A stretch of 54,661 nt of DNA, the filler included, from Asterionella formosa (Eukaryota): the NCBI GenBank assembly GCA_002256025.1. It is 4 parts of 4 records of this genome, joined end to end, with 100 filler letters (N's around TTAATTAATTAA, not from the genome) between each part and the next. Parts side by side here need not be neighbours in the genome. Positions count along the whole stretch, not along the records: positions 13,695 to 27,287 come from NKIB01006574.1; positions 27,388 to 40,973 come from NKIB01006577.1; 2 more parts are not named here. One strand, 5' to 3'. The position numbers and the translations under genes were made by a program. Each line of letters opens with the position of its first letter. Position 1 is the first letter of the stretch. Below are positions 24,081-34,850 of this stretch, in pieces. Under the pieces are notes generated by a model. The model made no database searches. It had not been told where the DNA came from and saw only the letters and a program-made list of their open reading frames with translations.

Positions 24081-25236
24081 ATGTCCAACAATACTTTCAA
24101 CAGTCGAAACATGACGTTTGATAATTTCAATGATGTCAATAATACATTTGCGACTCATTTGGAATTTTCCTCCGTTGGAATACCAATGAAATATTGGTGT
24201 AGCAACACCAGAACCAGCAGTTCAACCAAGTCGACGACGATGAATGAACTATTATCGACAATGGAGGTTTCGTTTGATTATGAAATGACCATGACACAAA
24301 GTACGGATTATGCAAAATCATTACAATTATTAGAATGGTCCATTTTATGGAATACTGTGCAATCCATGGGAATTGATAATTGCCGACACTTGAATAGCTC
24401 GCAACAACAATTATCAACAAGCACAACTATGAATGCCAGCACCATTCTTGTCTATGGACTATCGTCACTCCGACCTGATGGGATTGCAGAAACAGCTGTT
24501 TGTACTACAGCAATATCAGCCAACAATAATGGTCTATGTTTACCAATTAAGGGATACATGCAAGTGGTTTATGGTGGAGCCATTACATCAAATGTCTTTG
24601 AAGAACAAAAGTACATTGGTTCTTTGGTGCTATCTCATGTCAAGCAAGCCATGATGAATGTACCCATGATTTTAGTCGGGACTGTGACAAATGTTGCCTA
24701 CGTTGGTAATCGAGCAGCAATTACGTCGACTACTCCTACCAGTGCTAGTAGTCAACAAACAACGGTGGGCGTATCAAGCACTAGTTGGTTGATCATTGCA
24801 ATGTCTGGTATGATGATCATTACTGCCCTTGTTGGCCTTTTAGTACTAAAACGAAAAAGGAAACAACGACAAGATAAACAAGAAATTACAACAAAAGATG
24901 TACTCAACTTGGAATTGCAACCAAACAACACTTCTCCGCCTCGTGGTGCAACGGTATGGGACTTTGATCCCATCATTACTACCATTACTACAACAATGGA
25001 GAATAGTGACAATGTATCGCCATTGGCAGACCATCCATCATCACCACGTTCTGCATCTGTTCATAAACAACGGAAAAAGAAGAAACCAAGCAAACAACAA
25101 TTGGTTCAACGAGTTTCATCTGGATCTTCATTGGATCCTATTCATGAAGAAGATGTTGACTTTGATGGTGTGGTGAGGAATGTGTACCAATTCAACAGTG
25201 ACTACTATGCCACGGATGATGATGATGATGATCATC
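24081..25236 (+). CDS. Single-pass membrane protein of unknown function, 3' end lost in gap
   Basis: ~385 open codons: a Cys-containing ectodomain, a Ser/Thr-rich stalk, a TM helix WLIIAMSGMMIITALVGLLVL followed by KRKRKQR, and a basic/acidic tail. The N-terminus is uncertain. Confidence 0.75.
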
Positions 25237-26148
25237 NNNNNNNNNNNNNNNNNNNNNNNNNNNNNNNNNNNNNNNNNNNNNNNNNNNNNNNNNNNNNNNN
25301 NNNNNNNNNNNNNNNNNNNNNNNNNNNNNNNNNNNNNNNNNNNNNNNNNNNNNNNNNNNNNNNNNNNNNNNNNNNNNNNNNNNNNNNNNNNNNNNNNNNN
25401 NNNNNNNNNNNNNNNNNNNNNNNNNNNNNNNNNNNNNNNNNNNNNNNNNNNNNNNNNNNNNNNNNNNNNNNNNNNNNNNNNNNNNNNNNNNNNNNNNNNN
25501 NNNNNNNNNNNNNNNNNNNNNNNNNNNNNNNNNNNNNNNNNNNNNNNNNNNNNNNNNNNNNNNNNNNNNNNNNNNNNNNNNNNNNNNNNNNNNNNNNNNN
25601 NNNNNNNNNNNNNNNNNNNNNNNNNNNNNNNNNNNNNNNNNNNNNNNNNNNNNNNNNNNNNNNNNNNNNNNNNNNNNNNNNNNNNNNNNNNNNNNNNNNN
25701 NNNNNNNNNNNNNNNNNNNNNNNNNNNNNNNNNNNNNNNNNNNNNNNNNNNNNNNNNNNNNNNNNNNNNNNNNNNNNNNNNNNNNNNNNNNNNNNNNNNN
25801 NNNNNNNNNNNNNNNNNNNNNNNNNNNNNNNNNNNNNNNNNNNNNNNNNNNNNNNNNNNNNNNNNNNNNNNNNNNNNNNNNNNNNNNNNNNNNNNNNNNN
25901 NNNNNNNNNNNNNNNNNNNNNNNNNNNNNNNNNNNNNNNNNNNNNNNNNNNNNNNNNNNNNNNNNNNNNNNNNNNNNNNNNNNNNNNNNNNNNNNNNNNN
26001 NNNNNNNNCATACATGTATTGGTTGAGCTTGTTTTTATTACGTAGTTCTTCCTTCAAATATCTCTGACATGCCTGTTCATTTTGCTTCAGTTCCTAAATT
26101 CCATGCACTTTTCAAGAATGCTTCAAAGCATCCTATTTATGATGGGAA

Positions 26149-27090
26149 TTAATGGCACATATCGTCAATGAGTTCATCTTGCAATGCTTTAACCATAAGA
26201 TTCCTATTCATCAATTTTTTGGATTTGTTCATGACACAGTAAACATACTCATGAGTGTCCATTGCGCTTGGGCAATCCCTTGCGAGAATCTGTTCAGCAC
26301 TGCATCCAATATCTTTTTTAGGACTGACTTCCTCAACTGTTGCTCCAGCCTCAGTGTTCGAACATCTATCAACTAAATTGGAGACACCATCATGATCGGA
26401 ATCACAATCATTCGTAATGATCTTGACATTATCAAATCCAGCAACATCAGTGTAGCCAGCATCCAATGTCAAATCTGGCTTAAATGTCACTTTAATTTCA
26501 CCAAGAGGTAAATCCAATTTTGTGCCTGGGAACTTGATGGAGAAATGATGAATCTGGTCTTTTTTAGATCCTGAACAAAGATCACCAAAAGGATCAGATG
26601 CTCGTGTCACAGTAAAGCCGTTTTGAGATGTTTCAGGATCTACTTCGTTAACATCTTTCTTCTGATAGGTGCCCAAATCAATCGTCTCACCGTTGATCTC
26701 AACCTCAAGACTGTCAGGTCCCTTGTTGGTGTCTGTACCATCCCAAGTGCCGAGTTCGTAGAAATCAAACTTCAATTCCACTTCCATGGTGGTAGAAAAG
26801 GAAGGAATTTTGTATGTCTGGCTTGGGTTGCCACCATCCGGGATAATATATTTGGTAAGGGGATCCTGACATGCTGTTTGTTTTTTGGCATGTTTCCAAC
26901 CCTGATCGCCGTTCGATTCGAAATCATATGTTACACGTATGACATCTGGACATGTCGCTGTTGGTACATCATTGCATGAAGGTAAGGAAAGGAATGAGCA
27001 AAGGAATGCGACGAAGATGGGTATAATGTTTTTGGATGGGGTGAGAAATATGTTTTTGGATGGTATCTCTAAAATTATATCACATGACAT
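26149..27090 (-). CDS. Probable extracellular protein: beta-sandwich (carbohydrate-binding/MAM-like) domain + thrombospondin type-3-like Ca-binding repeat + Cys-containing helical tail
   Basis: YDFES..QGW...ELKFDFYELGTWDG...DSLEVEING.TIDLG...AGFDNVKI, then DSDHDGVSNLVDRCSNT. The first ~40 codons may be intronic (pyrimidine tract + CAG near 26960). Confidence 0.7.
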   Translation of the reverse strand: MSCDIILEIPSKNIFLTPSKNIIPIFVAFLCSFLSLPSCNDVPTATCPDVIRVTYDFESNGDQGWKHAKKQTACQDPLTKYIIPDGGNPSQTYKIPSFSTTMEVELKFDFYELGTWDGTDTNKGPDSLEVEINGETIDLGTYQKKDVNEVDPETSQNGFTVTRASDPFGDLCSGSKKDQIHHFSIKFPGTKLDLPLGEIKVTFKPDLTLDAGYTDVAGFDNVKIITNDCDSDHDGVSNLVDRCSNTEAGATVEEVSPKKDIGCSAEQILARDCPSAMDTHEYVYCVMNKSKKLMNRNLMVKALQDELIDDMCH

Positions 27091-27388
27091 CTATTCGACG
27101 ATGCATGACAAAAAAGCAATGAGACTACCGTATTCAGCATGTACCGGTACATAGAATCAATCGTCGTTCGTCCGCCCACCCTCATGACTGACTTGATTCG
27201 TCGGACTCTTTATAACATTGATACGAATTGCCTCATGCACGACACAACAACTGAGGATGCATGTGGAACCAAGAGGATGTAATGGTGNNNNNNNNNNNNN
27301 NNNNNNNNNNNNNNNNNNNNNNNNNNNNNNNTTAATTAATTAANNNNNNNNNNNNNNNNNNNNNNNNNNNNNNNNNNNNNNNNNNNNT

Positions 27389-27574
27389 GTGCAACACTAT
27401 GGTTGTGCAGCACTTTCAAACTTGGTAAATAATAATGAAAACAACAGGGTGATGATTGCTGATGCAGGAGGTATTGATGCAATTCAGTCAGCAATGGAGA
27501 ATCATTCATTGAATGCTATGGTGCAACAATATGGTTGTGGAGCACTTAAGAACTTAACCAGGTTAGAGAGATAA
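27389..27574 (+). CDS. 3' fragment of an armadillo (ARM) repeat protein, truncated by gap
   Basis: VQHYGCAALSNL..NNENNRVMIADAGGIDAIQSAMENH....VQQYGCGALKNL: two ARM repeats. Confidence 0.8.
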   Translation: MQHYGCAALSNLVNNNENNRVMIADAGGIDAIQSAMENHSLNAMVQQYGCGALKNLTRLER

Positions 27575-27599
27575 ATAAAATTTTATAGTTTGTTATACC

Positions 27600-28230
27600 T
27601 AAACTTATAATTGCACTTGGGCCATGGAGACACACAGATGCTAGTATTACGCGAGCTCATGACATAAACAAACCCTCGGCCGATGTCCCTCCAACCTTTT
27701 GATCTGATGGGCAAGGTGGAGCCAAGCTCCTTCTCCCAGAGTAATCCCACCTTCTTTCTGCCAACTCTGAATTGAGATATTCACTGTTTTCACCCATAGT
27801 AGTTTTTGTCCCACTGTATGATGTTTCTGTCAAACCAGTCTTGGGAGTAGAAACAATGCCGAATCATATGGATTAATAATTCTTTCATATCATATAGATA
27901 AGTAATCAAAGTATCCAGGTCCAGGCGTAAACGTATGTCTTGCTCTTCTTCTGTGTTGCCATACAAATACTGATTTCTTACCCTCCAGCACTCAAGCCCA
28001 TGTTGCCACAATATGTTCACCAGGTTTGCTGTCCACTGTTCTGCCCAGGACACCTCCTCTGCTAACTCTTTTCTTTTACAGTACAGCAAGTTCGTGATTC
28101 CCCATTGACGACTACTCCTTCCCTGGATTGCTTGATTCCATCTGATGGCTTGTTGATTCAAGAAGGCTTGGAATGTGGCCTGTCCAATTTCATCATCACT
28201 GTTCGTAATTTTACCTTCCCACCACACAAA
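27600..28230 (-). mobile_element. 5'-truncated non-LTR retrotransposon (LINE) 3' remnant
   Basis: Translation AFLNQQAIRWNQAIQGRSSRQW...WTANLVNILWQHGLECWRVRNQYLYG matches the Q..IGW....G..S..W / W..RN C-terminal pattern of LINE ORF2. It is homologous to 30790-31550 and shares the 3' motif CAAGTGCAATT. Confidence 0.7.
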
Positions 28231-28234
28231 ACTG

Positions 28235-28257
28235 TTAGGGTTAGGGTTAGGGTTAGG
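28235..28257 (+). repeat. Interstitial telomeric repeat (TTAGGG)3 + TTAGG
   Basis: ttagggttagggttagggttagg read directly. Confidence 0.9.
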
Positions 28258-28630
28258 TTTTCGTTATTTGACTGTCTAAGTAATAGAATTTGTGATGGAA
28301 GGGCTTATGTGTATACCTAGCACGCATGACAAAGCTAACACTTTACTGTTCAGTATAATGTACTGGTACTATCGTGTACCTCTGCAGATTTGTACCGGTG
28401 ACTGTTAGTCAGTGGAAATGGGGATCGGTATACTGGTGTGTATATTTTTCTTTATGTAATTGGTAAATATCTGGCAACTGGGATCTTGTACCATGACCCC
28501 GTTTTAGTAACAGGCATGGATTAAAATCCACCGTATTGGTTCCTGACACCTGATCATAATATTTTTGTATGCCTTTCGTTATTTGACTATGTAAGTAATA
28601 AAATTTGTAACGGAAGGGCTTATGTGTATA
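28258..28630 (+). repeat. ~57-bp direct repeat pair
   Basis: tttcgttatttgact.t.taagtaata.aatttgt.a.ggaagggcttatgtgtata at 28258-28315 and 28574-28630. Confidence 0.9.
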
Positions 28631-28990
28631 TGATATGGAACAATTTTTCATTAACAAATATCATCTATTTTTCAATAATTAAAAATATATTCTATGCCTG
28701 CATGTAAACTTATATTGAATATAATGAATAAATATCTTGTATGAAAAGGTTGCATGACTGTTGAGGACATTTAGAGAAATTACGAAGTTTCGCTCTGAAA
28801 TGAAATTTTGTCACCAAATTATAGTCTTACAATTCCAACTGAAGGTACTGGAAAGTGCTATCGTTCGTCGCCATATTCAAGGTTACTTCGAAAATGAGTG
28901 GTACACCCGTTGATCAAGATGCATCACATTAAATTCTTCTGTACGATTTTTGGTAATATTTTTTCATGCTATTATCCAATGAAAATCATT

Positions 28991-29120
28991 CACTCTACAG
29001 ACCCCACGGATCCACCTCGCAACCCTAACTCTACAGACACCTCGCAACCCTAACTCCACAGACACTACGGATCCACCTTGCAACCCAAACCCGAACTCTA
29101 CAGACCCCACGGATTCTCCT
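28991..29120 (+). repeat. Imperfect minisatellite (actctacagaccccacggatccacctcgcaacccta-like units)
   Basis: About 4 partial copies, some containing AACCCTAA. Confidence 0.8.
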
Positions 29121-30789
29121 TGCTTATCTCCAAACCTTGACCTTGAAATGAACTATGAGTGATAGTTTGTCTTGGAACTATGAAATGGAATTTTGAAGAC
29201 TCTAGTTTTTCCATGAATTTCTTGTATCTTTGGAATGTTTCCTTTATATTTTCCTAGTTATTTTCAACTTCTGACTATCTGAGGACATGCTGGCTCAACA
29301 GTGAAGGAGCCTTGATAAATAATCAAGAGATCAAAGTGAACTTTTAGAAAAGAAATTGCGTTGTTATCATTAATACTTCTTGGTTTATATTTTATCCGAA
29401 AATCATCCACAACTCAGTAATCATGTTCCTGATGATATGGTGTGACGTTGACCTATCTGATGTTGTGTTTGGATATATACATAAACATGTATGTGGAGAA
29501 TGAGATATAGTCATGCAAGCCCATGTTCCACAGGTTCAAAATATTATCATTATCCATACCAAGAAAAAGGAATTTTTTGCCAATATGTTGCTTGGATTGG
29601 CTCACCATGTTACATAATATTGCCACAGGTTCCTGTGCTAAATTTATTCCCCAAAGGCTTTTATATTTGTTTGTATACGGTACTCATGAGTGAAATGCTT
29701 TTTGGGAATCACTTTTCACATGATATTCAAAAAGTTATAGCAATATATCTGTTACTGCCACCACATGCAACCATGCTATTCAGGGTGTATGATTGCTGGT
29801 CAATCAGTTCAGGGAACATCTTCACAAAAAGTACTCTTTTGGTAATAACATACAATTTAATACTAAAAGGTTGATAAGGTATCTCATTAACATGTTTCCA
29901 AATCAATCTTTGAAGTCAAATGAGGTCACAATTTCTACAGCCATAAAGGTTATAGTATTTCGACATGAGTATCGAATGGAGGGTAAAGATTTATCTACAT
30001 TACAGGAAAGATGGTATCAGCAGTTCCTAAGCTTCCTACATATGGATATTCATCTGAATGGGAAGCGAAATTGTTATAGGGTTAGGAAGTTGGGGTAATA
30101 AAATTCAAAATTTTCTTGATTGGTCACCATGTAAATTTATCTAGTAGTAGTAGTAGTTCTTGAGGAGAGAGAATGAAGTTACTCTACATACTCGCTGTGA
30201 TTCAAAAAGTAAATTTACTATGGCTGGTATAATAAATTCAAGGAAAGGAGAAGGACAAGTTGACAAAAAAGAGGAGAAGGCAAAGAAGCAACTAGTAGAC
30301 TATTATTGCTAGAGGGGAGTGATGACTCATCAGCATCCCATCAGAAGACCTAAACCCTGCCGCAAATCATGAAAACGAATGGAAAGAAGTATCGACGAAG
30401 AAAAAGGCAAAAAAAGAAAACAGCGGGATCACTTGAAATGTCGCACATATAATGTCTACAAGTATTGCCACCCCAGCCTCACACAGGACGCAACCTAAGC
30501 AGTATCAGTCATGAAAGCAACAATATCGGGAACAAGGCAGCACAAAGATGTGATAAGTACATTTCCATCTCATACCATCACAAGCAATACGAGGCCATTG
30601 ATAGTTCCAGCAACGGAAGTACAGGATTCTAAAGGAAATAGTGATGTTTCCAAACAGAAGGAGAATGATATGGCGAGAGTACAACCAACTTTTAAGATAA
30701 GAACAAAGAGAGAATAATGATCATGTTTAATCTCAGGAAAAATAAAAACACATGATTTTTGATTTCACAAATGATATTTAAAGTACATT

Positions 30790-31550
30790 TAAACTAACTA
30801 AAAATTGCACTTGTTCCCTCTTGCAAGACACTCCAACCACATTCATGTTGATTTCTTCCTTACCCTTGGACACCTGCCTTCATGTTTTGTCCACAATGGA
30901 GCTAGGTAAAGCTGAGCTTCATCATTTTACCTGTGACCTTGGCGCGGAGCCAGGCATTGTAAGCTAAGTCCACTGATTCCACCCACCGACGTTTTTGATT
31001 GATTTGTACATCAAAAGGAAGAAGAAATAAGGATTTGTCCTCCTCCCCCATGTGCCCTTGGTCGAATTCATATTGTATTCTAATTAAATCATCTTCTTGT
31101 ATCATCATCTTAGTCAGATGTTCTTCCTCTGTTTTCCCATACAATTCTTCATTTCTGTGAATCCAACCCTATTTCCCCATTTGCCATAAAGCTCGTATGA
31201 CCTTTGCTATCCACTTTTGGCATAAGCCATTGTTGCACTATTCCACTTTTTGCTGACTCTACCACGAAAAGCCTGATCCCAACCTATGTCCATTTGGTCT
31301 AAATAAGCCTCAAAAGTAAGGCTTCCAACAACATCATGAGGTAATGGAAATGGGCCCTCCCACCGAACAAGTAGCTCATTTGCCAGCCACTATAACATTC
31401 CTTCTTGAAATTTTTGTGCAATATAAAAGCATGATCCAGAGCCCATTTAGACCGAGACCCTAACATTCTCCCAAAGTTTTCCCCTGTATGCGGCTGCCAT
31501 TGGGCATCGGAATAAATGATTGAAATTCTCATTTAGCCTTCGGCACCAGA
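30790..31550 (-). mobile_element. Second LINE 3' remnant, same family as 27600-28230
   Basis: Frameshifted translation LTFEAYLDQMDIGWDQAFRGRVSKKW...KWIAKVIRALWQMGK*GWIHRNEELYGKTEEE...RRWVESV. It ends in CAAGTGCAATT plus an AT-rich tail. Confidence 0.72.
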
Positions 31551-32889
31551 AACACCAATTATCTGACAGTTGAGCATACGTCTGCAAATAAAAAGTATCA
31601 TGCATATAGGATCAAGGGTATCGTACGCTAAGTGGCACAGGATTTTCGTATAAATGATAATTTTTGGATCAAAAATATGATCAAGGTATCTTGTAACTAT
31701 GATGGTTTATTAATATTTTACCGACCTTGAAGTATAATGATAATATGAGCATTATCATCACACAATGTATATAAACTGATCAACAACATTTCCCATCAAT
31801 ATCATAAACCTTCTCATATTATTTTCACTTCTCGTGATCGCCCAATGTAAATTATAACTACAACGTATCCTAAAACCAGATCAACTCTATGCTATCATGT
31901 GAATTGTTTCATCGTAAATCTATTGTAAACATGATCATAATTCTAATCACAAGCATTGTAAAAAATAGATTGAAATGGATCGTAATTGAACTATCAAATT
32001 AAGCAATGCTATCTATTAATCTACATGCCAGCGACCCAACATTTCTCTCTCTACTTGGCTCAATGTATATTGTTCCTGTCTCACCCTTTTCTGAATCTTG
32101 TGCCAAGCTTGTGCCAAGCAATGCCTTACTAATGTTGTGTCTCTCTCCCTGCTGTTAGTGTCATTGTGAACTCGCCAGCTATTCCGTTTGATCGGCTTTA
32201 TTTTCCTATGCATGCAGTTACAGTTACAATGAGAAGGAATGATTTGTTAGCTAGTCATGTTACATTGACACAAGAACACGCAATTCCATTGTATCCTTTT
32301 GCTTCACTTACCACAAATAAATGCAACTGATGCATAAATCTATTACAGTAAATTGTCAGTAAATTCTTGAATAAGTAAGTTTCGGGTATCCAATGTTGTC
32401 GAATAAAACTTACCGGTTCATTTTTGTCAGCTTAACTTTGAGAGAATGTAAACGTTTTGTCAGTTTTGTTCCAACAGAAGTGAATAGGTTCAATGAGCGA
32501 CAAGAACACTTACGCAATTTGGTTTTGTTTTACATTGGTGCTCCCCAACAAGCGAAACGAGTAGTTGAATCAACTGAGAAAAAAGGAAATGTGTGTTTAG
32601 TTAACAATTTGTTGTTGTCCTGCCTCCCAACAATTGTCATCCAAGTAGCTACCACATTGATGGCTTCATTACCTTAAACATTCTCCATCCTTCGAAGGCG
32701 CAATGTGTCAAAGCCACAATGTTTTTCGTTATAAATAGCATTTCCATTTAAAGTTATTCACTAAATCATTTTGGTAGTCTCAATACTCAAAAATCCTTCA
32801 GTATCAAATTTGCATTATTGTTAACAGTCATTGCATGCCAAGTCATTCTACAGTCATCTGCATTATTTTTGATTTCTTTATGATTTGAT

Positions 32890-33880
32890 GCTAACTTTGA
32901 TGATGTGCTTTTTCTCTCAAAAATTTTTTTCTGCTCCTTGTAATTTCTGGAGAGGAAATTAACAAATCAACTGCTCTAAGAAAGATTTTGTAATAGCAAG
33001 TATGCATGAGAAGAGAAGCAATCCTGGATTTCCTTGCAGGAATTGTCAATGACAACGGATGCTGCAATGATTTTTTTGTACTGTTTGGTGTTGCGGCTGA
33101 TGCAATGCCCAGCAATTTTCCGGCAGACATTACATCAACAAGTACAGGCTTGTCTCACCCTTCACCAGTGGTCAATTGATTGAACCTATCCACTGAAAAA
33201 TTTCATTTGCCAAGATTCCACCAGAGAGGGCAGCTGACATCTCCAGACACTTTATTAACCCTCCGGAAATTGATTCCTTTACCTCTGAAGGTAACAGTAA
33301 AATTCAATATTCACAAAGCATTATCTTCGTTAGCAAAGTTTGCAGTAGAAAATGATGGAGCATCTGAAGTCCATGTTGCCGGAAAGCTGCATGGTCAAAC
33401 TCAATAAAAAGATGCATTCAAGAATAGCCCTCTTTCATAGCGTTCTGATTGGGAACAGATGCTTGTGCAATGTCAGGAACATCAGGATGAGCCCCCATGG
33501 CAATACTACAAATGTTGGAACAATGCTGTTCAGCATTCCTTGTCCATCATTTTTTTCATGCTCCTATAGTTTGGCAAGCCCCACGGCAGATTCAATTGAA
33601 GAAAATTCAGCTGTGCAGTGTGTCAATACAATGTTGAACCCGGTTTCAGGTTTAATTTGGGCCAGAGATTCAAAATATTTTTTGCATGCATCATGATGAA
33701 AGGATATCATGTCCTCCTCTGTCCTTCTAGAATTCAGAGCAGCCGCCATGCGATGATGAGCAGTCACAAAACCGCTTTGTATGTCATAATTATCAACCAA
33801 TTTTCATCGATTGACAGGCCTGAAAACCTTTGTGTCATCGTCTGCAACGGAAAGGTTCATGTTTGCAAACTTGTGGAGCA
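32890..33880 (-). pseudogene. Decayed long ORF of unknown family
   Basis: Protein-like reading (MNLSVADDDTKVFRPVNR*KLVDNYDIQSGF...GLAKL*EHEK...) is interrupted by isolated stops and frameshifts in a CpG-poor context. Confidence 0.3.
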
Positions 33881-34392
33881 TCTGTAGCAAAGTGCAAAAA
33901 AGGCCGACGTTTCTTGCATTTGTATTTGAATGTGCATTCAAAAAGATACAACAAAGGATAACATGAAGACGACGTGGTTGCGTAGCAACAAGAACGCAAC
34001 GACGAGGAGGTGTGGCTCTCACAGCAGTCGCTTTTGAAAAAGTTCTGCAAAGCCAAGGCTCATCGCACTCCTGCTAAAAAGAATCCACAATGACAAATGA
34101 TACAAGGCGTGAATTTATGCCTCGAGCATGAGCATGAGCACGATCACGATGATGACGACTTCGGAGCAGGAGGAATGGATTGGGATGATTGTTTTGCGAT
34201 TTTAATGGAAGATAGAATTACTACAATATTGGATTTACCATACCGGTGCCTGTACTGTAGTACCACCGGTAAGACTATAATGATGGTGAGCGACAATCTG
34301 TTTTATACTGATGCTCATCACTGTATAATAGTGTAAAGTGTTTCTGACTTGGTATATAATAACCAGGTTATTAATACTGCTTTACTATAATA

Positions 34393-34474
34393 ACCGTGGT
34401 TATTTGTTATCAAGTCTGACTTGGTGGCGTCAGACTTTGGACTCAAGTCCAGACTTGGTATAAATAACTACGGT
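34393..34474. repeat. Short inverted repeat/hairpin (possible MITE remnant)
   Basis: accgtggttatttgttatcaagtctg (34393-) pairs imperfectly with cagacttggtataaataactacggt (-34474). A third partial arm lies at ~34344-34370. Confidence 0.6.
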
Positions 34475-34850
34475 ACATGTATGTAATTTTTTAAACAATG
34501 GCTTTGAGCCACTTCGACCATTTTTGTGACATTTAAAATGGATAGATCTCAGTTCATATATGTTCAATTACCGGTAAAGAAATGATCTAATTCTCATGTA
34601 GCTTAATGAACTACCGATACCGGTAACTAATAGCTATTGTGCCAAAGGGCGAAAGAGGGGATCGATTTTAAATACTTCTAGAATTAGTCGGGAAATAATA
34701 TAGTAACTGGTACTCTGACTCAATATAATATTTAAACCCTACCTCTAATCTAGGGTTGAAATGCAGAAACCTTAAATATTTATTAGTGAAACATTATGGG
34801 TAGGCTATTTTCTGCAGATTGATAATATAATACAGTCCAAACATGTGGTT

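Noticed and set aside
25128..26067. Long ORFs composed of X (also 44028-44792, 52862-53398)
   Set aside because: They only read through N gaps.
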